Assembly: GCF_036321535.1 (NCBI RefSeq) | Contig: NC_087437.1 | Coordinates: 109,122,001-109,186,000, forward strand | Origin: Camelus dromedarius | Taxonomy: Eukaryota | Direction of reading: 5' to 3' | Length of the DNA stretch: 64,000 bases | Shown here: in pieces, positions 11,890 to 24,697 of the stretch | Layout: every line of letters begins with the position of its first letter | Numbering within the stretch: position 1 is the stretch's first letter | Made by a program: the position numbers and the translations under genes | Notes under the pieces: model-generated | What the model was told of the DNA's origin: nothing | What the model saw: only the letters and a program-made list of their open reading frames with translations | The model's database searches: none

Positions 11890-12600
11890 TTCTTTCTTTT
11901 TTTTTTTCCCAAGTAGACTTTATTTTTAGAGCAGGTTTAGGCTCACCACAAAATTGAGTGAAGGGTGCAGAGATTTCCCATATACTCCAGCCCCCACATA
12001 TGTACAGCCTCCCCTACTGTCAAAATCTCAAACTGGTGTGTGAATTTTTCACAATTGATGAACGATATTGATACGTCATTATTATCCAAAGTCCATGGTT
12101 TACATTGGTGTTCACTCTCAGTTTTGTACATTCTGTGTGTTTTTTTTTTTAACAAAGTATAATGATAAACATCCACCTTTATAATATATAGCCTAGTTTT
12201 GTTATCTTGAAAACCCTCTGTGCTCTACCTCTTCATCTCCTTTTTACCCATCCCTGAGTAACCAATGATCCTTTTACAGGCCCCCATAGTTTTGCCTTTT
12301 CTGGAATGTTATATGGCTAAATTAAACACTATATAGTCTTTTCACTTGGAAATATGCATTTAATTTTCTTCCATGTCTATTCATGGCTTGACAGCTCGTT
12401 TCTTTTTAGTGTTAGGTAATATTCCGTTGTGTGGACGTACCAGAGTTTATCCACTCACCTATTGAAGTCCACCTTGGTTGCTTCCAGGTTTTTTGGCAGT
12501 TATGAATGAAACTGCTCTAAGCATCTGTGTGAAGGTTTTTGCATGGACATTAAGTATTCAACTCATTTGAGTAAATACCAAGGAGGGCAATCATGGTGCC
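11890..12600 (-). mobile_element. L1MC-like 3' end, antisense
   Basis: Poly-T then 'tttttagagcaggtttaggctcaccacaaaattgag...cccatatac', 'ccaaagtccatggtttacatt', 'tatccactcacctattgaag'. Confidence 0.8.
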
Positions 12601-12609
12601 AGTGGATTC

Positions 12610-12847
12610 GATATCTGGGGAAAGCATGCTTCCTAAATGGCCACTGTTTAGCTGTAACTTCACAGAAGTGGGCAGAAGTGGGTAAAGGAGTTTTCTCAGG
12701 CCCCTTACAAGGGCACTAATATCATTCACAAGGGCTCTGCCCTCATGACCTAAGCACCTCCCGAAAGCCCCACCTCCAAACACCATCACACTGAGGATTA
12801 AGTTTCAACATATGAATTTTGGGAGCCACAAACATTTAGACTGTAGT
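12610..12847 (-). mobile_element. MLT1A/MST-like LTR fragment
   Basis: 'gggcactaatatcattcacaagggctctgccctcatgacctaagcacctccc...caacatatgaattttggg...acatttagactgtag'. Confidence 0.75.
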
Positions 12848-12849
12848 TG

Positions 12850-14600
12850 ATCTTAATTTGGGAAAACTCACCGTCATTATTGCTTCAAATATTTCTTCTG
12901 TTCCTCACTCTCCACTTCTAGGATTCCCATTAAGTGTATGCTATGCATTTTGTACTTGTCCCACTGTTCTTGAATATTCTGTTTCATTTTTTTCTGTCTG
13001 TGCTTTTCGGTTTGGAAGTTTCTACTGACACATACTCCAACTCAGAGATTCTTTCTTCATCCATGTCCAGTCTATGAATAAGCCCAATAAAGTCATTCTT
13101 TTTAAAAAAATTTTTTATTGAAGTGTAGTTGATTAACAGCATTAATTTCAGGTGTACAGCAAAGTGATTCAGTTATACATACACATACATATATATATTT
13201 TTTTCTTTTCAGATTCTTTTCCATTATATGTTATTACAAGAAATTGAATATAGTTCCCTGTGCTGTACAGTAGGTCCTTGTTGTTTATCTATTTTATATA
13301 TAGTAACATGTGTCTGTTAATCCCCAGCCCCTAATTTATCCCTCCCTGGCCCTCCCCCTTTGGTAACCATAGTTTGTTTTCTATGTCCATGAGTGTGTTT
13401 TTGGCTTGTAAATAGAATTTACATCTTTTTCCTCCAAGGTTCCACATATAAGCAATATCATATGATACTTGTCTTTCTCTATCTGACTCCAAAGGCATCC
13501 TTGATTTCTGTTACATGTTTTTGATCTCTAGTATTTGTTTCTGGTTCTCTTTTAGAAGTTCCATCTCTCTGCTTGCATCGCCTGTCTGTTCTTGTATGTT
13601 AATTTTATCCATTAGACCCCACTGCATATTAATCACAGTTGTTTTACGTTTCTGGTCTGATTGTTCCCGTATCCCTGCCATACCTGAGTCTGGTTCCGAC
13701 GCTTTCTCTTCCTCTTCATCCTGTGGGCATTGTCATGTAATTTTTTCTCGATAGCTGGACATAAACGTAAACAGGCCCTTTGTGAGGTAATGGGAAGGTG
13801 TAGGGGTCGAGAAGGGTTCTGTTGTGCTCAGGTTCAGCAAAAGTTTCTTTATGAGCTTGTGCTTCTGGACCGTGAACTTCACAAGGGCTTCCCAGTCTCC
13901 CCTGCAGGTAGAATAGAACGGTGTCTCCCTCCCTCCCTCTCCCACAGGACAGGCTACAGCCGGCTGGAGTTGGGTATTTTCCTTTTCCCAGGCTGATTAG
14001 GCTCTCAAAATTCCCAGCAGTTTAGGCTGTGGTAAGATAGCTTCTCTTGAGGGCAGGTCTCTTTAGGAAGAACAGAGTGCTCTGCCATGTTTCATAATTG
14101 GCACTTTCCCCCTCATCCTCCTTGAAAGCGGGAGGAGATTTTTCCCCTATCTTCATTACTCCCCTATATTCTCTATGTCCACTGTTTTTGTCCTGTATTC
14201 TCTGTCAGAACCAGAAGTTTCTCACAGAGCTCCTGGAGATAAAACTCATAAATGTGCCCTCCCCTCCCTTGCCCCGACTGGGTCCTCCTGGAGTTTTTAA
14301 CTCTCAGACTTGTCTGCATGGAGCCTCTAGCAACCCATTAATTATAGTTTATGTTCTCCTACCCTGGCACTGGTTCCTGCAAGGGTGTCTGCTTATGGGG
14401 TTCTGCTCCAGTAAGTTGTGATTTTCTGTAATCATCTGTCATTCTTTCCAATTGTGGGGGCAAAAGTTTGCCCTGTGATCTCCCTTCTCCCATGGATCTA
14501 AAAAAAGTTGCTGATTTTTCAGTTTGTTCAGCTTTTCAGTTGTTAGGACAGAGTGACCATTTCTAAGTGCCTTATATGTTGGACTGAGAATTGAAAGTTG
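12850..14600 (-). mobile_element. Old L1 5'/ORF1-region fragment, antisense, split by a younger L1 at ~13100-13490
   Basis: 'tttgggaaaactcaccgtcattattgcttcaaatatttcttctg', 'catattaatcacagttgttttac', 'ttgccctgtgatctccc...gttgctgatttttcagtttgttcagctttt'. Confidence 0.6.
13100..13490 (-). mobile_element. Young artiodactyl/camelid-type L1 3' UTR, 5'-truncated
   Basis: 'ttttttattgaagtgtagttgat...caggtgtacagcaaagtgattcagttatacata...gaatatagttccctgtgctgtacagtaggtccttgttg'. Flanks 'aaagtcattctt' and 'aaaggcatcctt' look like a decayed TSD. Confidence 0.85.
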
Positions 14601-14629
14601 GTTCATTCTTTAAAAAAATTAGTATTTGT

Positions 14630-15185
14630 TCTTTCTTTCTTTTCAACACCTTTATTGTGGTATGGTTCCTGTACAGTAAACTACACATACTAATATTCTT
14701 TATTTTTGAGAGCAGTTTTAAGTTAAAAAATTGAACATATATAAATTTCCCATATACATTCTCCCTCTCTCTCTCAGTTTCCCCTATTATTAATGTCTTG
14801 TGAGTGTGTGGTACATTTATTACAATTGATGAACCAATACTGACACATTATTATTAACTGAAGACCCATAGTTTACATTAGAGTTCATTCTATGTTGCAC
14901 AGTTCTGTGGGTTTAGTCAAATGAATAATGACATGTGTCTCTCCTATAGCAGCATGTAAGGTTGGGTTTCATGGACCTAAAATTCCCCGTATTCCATATG
15001 TACCTCCTTTCCTCCTTCCCATCCCCTGGCCACCACTGAACTCTTTACCGTCTTCATAGTTCTGCCTTTTCTAGAATAGCCTATCATTGAAATCATACAA
15101 AATCTTTTCAGACTGGTTCTTTAATTTAGCAAAACACACATAAGATTCCCTCATGTCTTTTTGTAGTTTGAGAGCTCAATTTTTA
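14630..15185 (-). mobile_element. L1MC-like 3' end, antisense
   Basis: 'ttttgagagcagttttaag', 'ggtacatttattacaattgatgaaccaatactgacacattattatt', 'atcccctggccaccactga'. Similar to the copy at 11890. Confidence 0.75.
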
Positions 15186-15739
15186 TGATTAATTAGTTTG
15201 ACCACTAGTTATTAGATGCATACTTGAGTCTGGTACCAGCTGGGACTAGAGACACAAACACAAATAAGAAACAGCTGTGCTCCTACGAAGTTGACATGGA
15301 AACTGGTGGAGAGACAGATGACTGAACAGTGGCAATGCCAGGCAGATGGGAAGAAGTGAGAGCAGAAGGTGAAGACAGCGAGTGGCATCAGGTGATGTGT
15401 AATAGAAGAGAACAGGATGCTCTAGAGGGTAGGGGTGGAGACAAGGTTTGAACATAAATTGGACCAGTTTCCTAACCAGGAAGCCAGGAAGGAGAAAGAA
15501 AGTGAGAAGAAAAAAAAAACAGTGGATAAATTAATCCATTAGTATAGTATGAAAAAGTGAGAGAGAAGACAAGCAACAATTTATTTTTAGTTGTAGGTTC
15601 TGAATGAATACTTGGTATGCATATTTTATAGTATTTCTTGTCATGACATGGAAGGACCTTTCTGGTGCCTGGAACAAAATTAATTCCTGTCCCCTGAATA
15701 ACCTGAGTTTACATTTTGGTCTTTTCCCACTAAAAAATG

Positions 15740-15900
15740 TAGCATTTAAAAACTGGAAGGAAACTTAATGGCAGTTTAGCCTAACTCATTTTGCAGATGA
15801 GGAGACTAATGGCTAAAATTAAGTGATTTTCCCAGTTATTTAGGGGATGGAAGTATGGGCTGAGAAGTGGTTCTCCTAATCTGATTCTAATAATCCTACC
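15740..15900 (-). mobile_element. MIR fragment
   Basis: 'ctcattttgcagatgaggagact...aagtgattttccc'. Confidence 0.6.
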
Positions 15901-16736
15901 CCCCATTTTTCCCTAAAGGCACAGAAAAAAAATGAGCAATAAATCTGTCCACTAGCAGGTTCTAAAATATTGATACAAAGAAGAGAGAGTGACAGGTGTG
16001 ACTGTTTCTTACCCAAATAAGAGTCTAGACAGTTCTAAGATCCAAGATACGGCTGAAATAAGGAACTATAACTATCAGTAAAAGAGGAAGATAAGAATAG
16101 TGGGGAGAGAAGAAAGGAATGGGAACCAGAAGTAAAAAACGAAGTGGAAGGAAAAGAGAGAAGGACTGAATGAACACTTGTGGTGTTTATCGCTTCACTT
16201 TAGAGAGAATATTACCACATTTATGGGGTCAAAAAATGAGTTCTGGGCAACTTGGAAATGCCAGACAGCCTGCAGGTGTCCAGAAATAATGTCAATGAAA
16301 TGAGGGAAATAAAATTATTGTCATCTTCTGGGAAAAGCATGGGGTCATTATTCTGAGGTCAACACACTCTCACAGATTTTCTCAATTTGGTCCTTGTTTC
16401 TCCAGTTTTCCATGTTGTTCTGGGATGTTTGGACATAAGAACAGTTGCATGTTGCTGGAAGAGTTGCTCAAAAGCTTATCTGCTTTTGCTGGGCCTGTTA
16501 GTAATCTGTGGGAGGTTCTCCCCCAGAGGCTGTGTGTGTGAGATCCCAAACAAGGGCCTGGATGGGGGTTAAGATCTGTAATTTTTGTCCTTTTTCTTCT
16601 CTTCTCCCTCTTCTTTCCCCTCTCTGTTCCTCTTTCTCTCTTTTGCATCTTTTCTCCCTCCTCCCTGACACAGGTTTTTACCTCCTCTGGGGATGGGAAG
16701 TGGTGGCGTGTGGGTGATGGTAACAGGGGAAAGACA

Positions 16737-18194
16737 CAGGCATGAAAACAACATTGATCTCATTGTGCACCTCCATCAGAGCTCCATCAAGTAACCAGGA
16801 GCATTGTCAATGGAGAGTAATACATTAAAAGGAATCTTCTGTTCTGAGCAGTCAGTCTCACCAGTGGGCTAAAAATAGTACTCCATGCTGTAAACAGACA
16901 TGCTGTCATCCAGGCTTTGTTGTTCCACTGAGTACAAGCAGCACAGATTTAGCATAATTCTTAAGGGCCCTAAGATTTCCTGAATGGTAAGTGAGCACTG
17001 GCTTCAACTGAAAGTCAGTAGCTGCATTGGACCCTAACAAGAGAATCAGCCTGTCCTTTGAAGCTTCGAAGCCAGACATTGACTTCTCCTCTCCACCTAT
17101 GAAAGTCCTAGATGTCTTCTTCCAATGCAAGGCTGTTTTGTCTACTATGGAAGTCTGTTATTTAGTGTCGCCACCTCTGTTAATAATCTTGGCTAGCTCT
17201 CCTGGATAACTCACTACAGCTTCTACATCTGCCTATGCTGTTTTACCTTGTACTTTGATGTTATAGAGATGGTTTCTTTCCTTAAACCTCATGAACCAAC
17301 CTCTGCTCGCTTCGTACTTTTCTTCTGCAGCTTCCTCACCTCTCAGCCTTCACAGAATTGAAGGAGTTAGGGTCTTGCCCTGGATTAGGCTTTGGCTCAA
17401 GGGAAGGTTGTGGCTGGCTTAAGCTTCTATCCAGACCACTACAACTTTCTCCGTATCAGCATTAAGGCTGTTTCACTTTCTTACCATTTGTGTGTACACT
17501 GGAGTAGCACTTTTAATTTCCTTCAAGAACTTTTGTTTCGCATTCACACCTTGGCTATTGGGTGCAAAAGGCCTAGCTTTTGGCCTATGTTAGCTTTTTA
17601 AGAAAAATTTATTTTTTAATACAAACTGAATGAAAAAAGAACCATGAGTTCAAGAAAAATTAATTAATTAATTAATTTATGGTTTAAGCTTTTAACATGC
17701 CTTCCTCACTAAGCAAATCATTTTTAGCTTTGGATTTAAAGTGAAAAGCGTGTGACTCTTCCTTTCACTTGAACACTTAGAGGCCATTGTAGGGTTATTA
17801 ATTGGCCTAATTTTGATATTGTTGTGCCTCAAGGAACAGGGAGGCTCTAGGAGCAGGAGAAAGGTGGGGGAACAGCTGGTTGGTGGAGCAGTCAGAACAC
17901 ACACAACTTTTATGGGTAAGTTTGCTGCCTGATATGGGTGTGGTTCATGGTGCCCTAAATCAATGACAATAGTAACATCAAAGACCACTGATCATAGATC
18001 ACCGTAACAAATACCATAATAATAAAAAGTTTGAAATATTGCGAGAATTATAAAAATATGATACAAACACGAAGTGAGCAAATGCTCTGGGAAAAATAGC
18101 AACAAGAGACTTGCTCAGCGTAAGGTTGCCACAAACCTTCAATTTGTAAAAACAGTGCAGTATCTGCAAAGTGCAATAAAATGAGGTATGCTTG
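16737..18194 (-). mobile_element. Tigger1 (TcMar-Tigger/pogo) DNA transposon, 3'-truncated, with dead transposase
   Basis: The minus strand begins 'caagcatacctcattttattgcactttgcagatactgc...aaattgaaggtttgtggcaacc' next to a TA (18195-18196). Minus-strand peptides MASKCSSERKSHTLFTLNPKLKMI and WKKTSRTFIGGEEKSMSGFEASKDRLILLLGSNAATDFQLKPVLTYHSGNLRALKNYAKS match Tigger1/TIGD1-type transposase. Stops and frameshifts are present. Confidence 0.93.
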
Positions 18195-18364
18195 TATGTC
18201 CCAGTGTTCTCCTAACAGATCCATTTTTGATGGTTGTTTTTAACAAACAATTTCCAGTTGGTTTCTTTTATTTCTTAGCTAATTTATTCCCCACGAATTT
18301 TCCTTTAAAAAATACTCCATATGCTACCCATACCGTGACTGCCCTTATTTCTCTTGGATTAAAG

Positions 18365-18564
18365 AAGTGGTTCTCACACTTTAGATCACATCAGATCCCC
18401 TGAAGCGTTTACTGAAACACAGCTTTCTGGGACCTCTCCTTCCCTGCTGAGGTTCTGAGTCATCAGGTCTGGGGTCGGGCATAAGAACTTATCGTTCTGT
18501 TTCTAACAAGTTCCCAAATAATGCTTATGCTGCTGGCCAGGCAACCACACTTTCAGAGCCACTG
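18365..18564. mobile_element. MER5A MITE (hAT-Charlie)
   Basis: 'agtggttctcacacttt...' to '...tgctgctggccaggcaaccacactttcagagccactg' with imperfect TIRs; internal 'caggtctggggtcggg' and 'tttctaacaagttccca'. Confidence 0.8.
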
Positions 18565-19059
18565 ATTTATGAAGTAATAACTTTGGAGGAATTCTGTAAA
18601 AATAAAAATACATCATGAGTTACATTACACTTAGGTGTTTACGCTTGTATGGCAAAAACATCCAATGTCCAAACACCTAACACCTTAGTATAAATGAGAT
18701 AATATTCATTTCTAGTTGGAAGAGAGCTAGTTTGGGTACAGGTGTGGTGGTCATCTGCCCTGGTTACCCCAGATATACTAATTTCAAATAATTTTTATTC
18801 CCTTTAATAAATGTGGGCCATTATATGCATAATTAAGAGGAATTTATTTATACTCATTGAATATTTCATTTAAACATTTAAATATTTCATTAAAAAAATC
18901 TATTGTGAGACAGCAGGTCCCAATATTTCTGTTTAAGGGACACCATTACTATGACACACAAGTAAAATTTGAGTAAAGGAGGAGGGAAAAGGAGGTAGAG
19001 GGCAGGGGGCCTCCAGAAAGACATTCCCAGGTGGGTACAAGTGTGGCAAAGAGTGAGGG

Positions 19060-19386
19060 TGTATCTGTTAGAATTCAGCCAGAGAATTGGGACCAGCAAG
19101 AAGGGAAGGTCATGGACAAAATGAATCTCCAGGGCACAAAACAAAACTGTTGTCCACAGTGGAATTTCTTCTTCCAGGGAAGCCTCAGCCGTGCTTTTTA
19201 AGGATTTCCAACTGATTAAGACAGGCCCACCGGATTAGCCAGGATAATTTCCCTTAATTAAAGTCAATTGAGGAGGGCCTTTAATTAAATCTGCAAAAAT
19301 CTTTTCACAGCAATGCCTAGATTCATGTCTGATTAAATCACTGGGAACCATAGTTCAGCCAAGCTGACACATCCAAAAAGCCATCT
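19060..19386 (-). mobile_element. MLT2-type ERVL LTR fragment
   Basis: 'ttccaactgattaagacaggcccacc...ttaaagtcaa...atctgcaaaa...ttcacagcaatgcctagatt...tagttcagccaagctgacaca'. Confidence 0.7.
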
Positions 19387-22300
19387 TGGAGGGCATGGAG
19401 TGATTTGAGAAGAAGGGTGTGAGGAAGGGTTAAATGGTGTTTTTGAAGGCCAAAAATACAAATCTTTCCCACTTCTCAGTTTAGGGTGTTCTCTGCATTC
19501 AGGAATTGTCTCCTGATAGACTTGGAAAGAAAGGAAAAAAAATAACCCAGTAATTGTTTCTGCCAATATGTGAAAGCTGGATGTGAAGAGGAAAGGCTGT
19601 TTTCAGGAACTACGAACTGGCTCACCTTTAAAAGGAAAATGAACTCCTCTAGCCAAGTGGAATTGCAAGATTGTCCTGGATAGCAATGTGCACTGGATGG
19701 CAAAATTTATTACCAACCTAGCAGGGGAGAGCTTTTATCTCTCAGTTAGTCGTAACACAGCCTTGGATCCAAAGGTGGGGAGTATGAGCCTGGAAAGGAA
19801 GGTTACCTGCCCTTTGGTCTTGGGTTGTTTCATGAGAACTTGGACAGGTGGATCACAGTTTATTTTCGTATATCATAAAAATGACTACGACCCTCCTCCC
19901 TACATCTGAGGGAGGTCCTCTGGGCCACTAATTAAAGATACACCCTTAATTAAAAAATCTATGATTGTCAGGGAATCAATCACTTAGCAATGACAGGTAA
20001 ACTCTTAAGAACTTGGAGCACGATTTAATTTCCATCTCAGAGAGTCAGAGATTAATGTAGCATTCATGGCAGCTGGAGTGGATAATGATATGTTCAGTGA
20101 GAGTCCACCATTTTTTAAGAAATTGATGAGTTTAAGAAAACTGCTGAGTCATATGGTATAAGAGTGGCTGTACCATCTTGCATTTCCACCAGCAAAGTAT
20201 GAGAGATAACCTAGCACCATTTTGATGCTCTCTGGGTACACAAAGGTCTTCCTCTCAGGTTTTTGGTCTGCCATTGATTCTTTCCCTCCCAAAGTCCTTC
20301 TCTTATGACATAGCTCTTCTATGAATAATACTCTCAGTAGTCTATTTTCAATTCTTCAGGAAAATGTTCTGATAAAAATATTGGTCCTGACTGTGGAATT
20401 CATTCATTGGTAGCAGATCACAGACTATAATGCCAAGTTACTCCTGGTTTGATACAGAAATTTGACTGTATCTAGCTCCTCTTTTTTCCTTCAGAGGAAG
20501 GATGGAATGGAGATACTTTCATCCATTTCCTGAAAAAGAGAACACGTTTTTTGGCTGTTTATGATGGAGTTTGACAGGCCATCAAATTCCATCTAAACAG
20601 AAAGAGAGAGAGGAAAGCATTTCAGCAGAGAGAATGTGCACTTGGAAACGTGTACTTCTCTTTCCTATCCAAGTTCAGAACCAGTTGAAGATGAAGATTA
20701 AAGAAGTAGTGAAGCCAAATATTGTCTTTATTACTAATAGATCTGACCTTGGAGAATGTGGCACATCTGTAAGTAAGTGGAATCCTGATTCTGAACCCAG
20801 AAACAGGTGGGCTTCCCCTCCCAGTTCCAGGCTATGCTGGACCAGGGCAAGCCTCCCCAGAGGAGGGCTGACTCTGTAAGAACGTCAGCACGGAGTAACA
20901 GAAGAGGATGTTGGCTTCCTCTGGGCAGCTCCTTCTAAGAGGAAGGACTGGGAAGCATAGTCAGTTCCCTATCTCATTTTTTTAACAAGGTGACTGTTTC
21001 TCAATCCCTAGGGGCAGTGTAGTGACAGGGAGGGAATAGCCAGAAGTGCTAACTACTGGATTCCCTTTCTATGGGGAGGAATTAGCCTCCCCAAGAGAAA
21101 GAATGACATTGGGGAGATTCCCCTGGAGGTAAAATTAGAGGAGCTCTGTGCCTGGCTCTGGCTGTACTTCTGAAAGAGCTGAGAAAGAAATGACTGTGTT
21201 TAGAGAGGCAGGACCCCAGGCACCTGACTCACCAGCTTTCCAAAGATTAACAGACATCAAAGCATGGGTCAGAGGTGGTCAAATGACTAAGGTTGAACTG
21301 ACCACCAGGCTGTCAGAGAAGGGGCTCAGAATTGAAATGCACTTTATATATAGACAATTGAGAAATGGGATATCGTATATCATGCCCTCTAAGGTGCCAC
21401 TGACTCTATGATGTTGAATCATTTTGTGTTCCACCAAGAAAAAGAATTGCTATTAAATTTGACATAATGCTATTATATCTCTTGATGCTTTTATATTATA
21501 CTTATGAAAATGTTTTTCTTGATTTTTCTAGGCATAAAATTCTGTTATGTACTACCCCTGTGCATAAATAAAGAGGAAAAATATAAAGAAAATCAATTTT
21601 AACAGATATTCATAATAGTTTTTCCCATTTAGATTCTTGCTTTTCTGGATCTATTTTTTTGATTCTGAGTTGTCAATGTTCATGGTTTTTTTTTTTTAGT
21701 ATCTTCCTCTGTGCTGTGAAAGCATTGGACATTCGGTGTTTATTGAAAGCATGTTCCTTGAAACTTATACAATACTTTATGTCAATTATAATTAAATTTA
21801 AAAAAGAAATAGGTAGGAAAGAGAAAAAAAAGTGTGTTCTACCACTGTCTCTGGGATGTTCTTCCAAGCCACTTCTCCCTTCTCTAGGTCAGGAAGTAGC
21901 AACTCCACCATATCTGCCGCATGGTGACAGAGATGCTAAGACACTTTTGATTGTAAGAAACATTTCACTTTCAGAGATGTTAAGATATAAATTTAAAAAT
22001 GTGTAGCCTAGAATGGATGGATGAATAGTTTTTTTTTTTTTTGCACAACTGAGTTTCATTCCTGTTACATTTATATTTGGAAGATAGCTTAAAGTTCTAT
22101 TTTCCAATATTTAAAAAAAATGATAATAGAACCAAGGCTCAAAAAAGTTGTGTGTAATTTCCAGGATCACACAATCCTGAGGGTTTTAATATGATACCAC
22201 TTAGAGGTATGACAACTTAATTCTCAGTAATGAATAGCTCCTTGTGGGCTTGGGTAGTGAGGCACATGGCTGGTACCTGTAACAGTGGGGCTCTTTCTCT

Positions 22301-23806
22301 TATGCCGTAAATCACAAAAGCATGAACCGCCTACTGTCTATGCCTCACTAGGGCCATTTATTGATCAAGACAAAGAGGCTTTAGACCAATTCAGGAATAA
22401 AAAAATAGGATGGGTTTACTCCAACATTCAGTGCCTCTCAGTTCATCACCTTTTGAATTAATCAAATGCTAAATGTTTAATTGATTCCATTCCGAGGGAA
22501 TTCTACTGAACTGTATGGTCTTGGAATAAGTCACTTGATTTCTCTGAGTATTGGATTACTGCCTTAGAGACCAGACAAGTTAAATTAGATCATCTTCCAA
22601 CACTGCACTGCTATGTTGATTTAGTTCATCATAGTACAAGAAATAACATCTCTGACAAATAAGATCTAAGCTGAGTGGCTTATCTTTGCTGGGGAAATAC
22701 AAAACCAAAATGGTTCTGACAGAATGATTAGCAGTACATTGATCCCTGAAAGATCAATTATGCCAAGATTTATTTATGCACAAGCAAAAGACTGTTTAGT
22801 CGTTCTGAGCAATTTTGGTTGTTATCTTCAAATGCTGACATCACAGAGGGAACTGCAGCTCTTGGTCTTGGGATTTAAATCATTTTAATGGGGTTTGTAA
22901 TTCCACATCAAATCATGATTAACAATAAGAGAAAGTTCAGAAGCTCAAAAATCACCGTGAGAGCAGAGAAAGGAACCTGCAGAAAATCTACAAGCTAATG
23001 AGACGTCTGATGCACAAGTGTATATTTTCTAAGAGACACCATCCGTGTGAATGATGTTGATTTGAATCAGAGAAATGATGAGTGTCTTGCAGCCTTCCTG
23101 TTGGCTAATCCACCAGAAGGCCAGCTGACCCATTCCTTAGATACCTGGTTCTGTTTCTTCATTTTCCAGCTGTCGCTGTGGACATTCCTCTGTCTGGCTT
23201 TCTCAGCAGGATCCTCCTATACATATATTTCCCTTAACTTTCCCCTGCCCTGATGTATTTGAGGCAAGCCTAACAATTCTTTTTTTTTTTTTTTAATTGC
23301 TGTTCGTTGATATTGCTAAGGACTGTGGGATTGAAAAAAGTAACAAATCTTAGAGAATCTCATAATAAACAAAATCTCTAGAATTGGCTGAAATGTAAAC
23401 AGGGCTGCATACACATTCTGGCAGCCTGTTTTTGAGACTACCAGTCCTTTCTATGCTGAGTTCTGGCCCAGGATGCTCAGAAGTCAGCCTAAGGTCCAGT
23501 AGGTCTGGCACCGTTGGTCCCCGCTTTGTGACGCACCTGCTTTCCTGTATTTCTTTGTGATATTCCATTCATTTACCTTTAGGCTATTTTTAAAAAAAAT
23601 GGATCTTTCATCCAAATGATGTGTCCAGAGGTGAGGTGGTCTTTATAACATCATTATGGTAAGGTTTATTTTCAGGTTATTATTTCCTCTCTTTGCCTTG
23701 ATTCTTGGGGATGCCAACTTCTTTCTTGCTGATCTCTCACTTCACTTCTCGGTCAGGGACAAAACTTCTCTATAGCTCATCTGAACTTCAAATGGGAGGT
23801 TCTTTC

Positions 23807-24000
23807 CAGTGGTGTGCTGGTAGATGTTTTAACAGCCAGCTCTTAGAAGCAGAATTAAAACCTGGCTTGTAGCATTTGCAATGTGCAGTGTAAATACTCC
23901 CACTGTGACTGATTTCAAACTACCTACGTGGTACCACTGAACTCAGACTTGGGAAGGATGCACAGAACTGGCCCTCACTGGCTGACTCCAGCACCCCACT
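23807..24000 (-). mobile_element. MER63-type hAT MITE
   Basis: TIRs 'cagtggtgtgctgg' and 'ccagcaccccact'; internal 'gtgtaaatactcccac', 'gatttcaaactacc', 'cttgggaaggatgcac'. Confidence 0.75.
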
Positions 24001-24489
24001 AATCTATTCTCCCTCTAACTAGTTTTTTTCGAGAACGGTGGTTGGCATGGTGCATGGAGAAAGTGAATGCATTCTTACTCTTCACTGCTTCTTAAAAAAA
24101 AAATAATGTCATTTTCCTTCCTCATCCTGGGAAGAAATCCCAGGCGGGTCCTATGACTTCTCTGGTGATTCTCAGTATTAAAATATCTACTCAGTGCACT
24201 GTCCCTGTAAAAGAGGCTGCTGGTTGGCCTGGGACTTGGGGGCCTGCTGTACACTTTCTACCCCAGGTCCAGGTGACCGCAGCGGATCTTTTCAGAGCTA
24301 ACATGTGGGGAAAATCAGAAATATTTGTTCACAGTCCATTGTGACTTGGCTTTATTGATGCGGGCCGATAGTTTACGATTTCGTAGGGGTTGTAATGGAT
24401 GTTGAATTTTTCTCGCTCTCTCTCTCTTTTTTTTTTTTCTTTTTTTAATACTTTTTAATCTGAACTAATAAAGACTTTATGAACTCTGG

Positions 24490-24697
24490 AACTAGATTTC
24501 CTGGTTTTGAATCTTTTGCTAAGTGCAGTGTGACTTGGACATATCCCTGCTTCTGTTTTCTCATCAGGAAAGTGAGGAAGTTAATAGTGTACCTATTTCA
24601 TAGTGTTTTGAAGATTAAAGGATTATTATGTATAAAGAACTTACAGGAGTGATGACAAGTGGTAGGTACTATCTATGCATTAGCTATAATTATTATC
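24490..24697 (+). mobile_element. MIR SINE
   Basis: 'tgtgacttggac...tctgttttctcatc...aatagtgtacctatttcatag...gattaaag...tgtataaagaactta...ttagctataattattat'. Confidence 0.7.
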
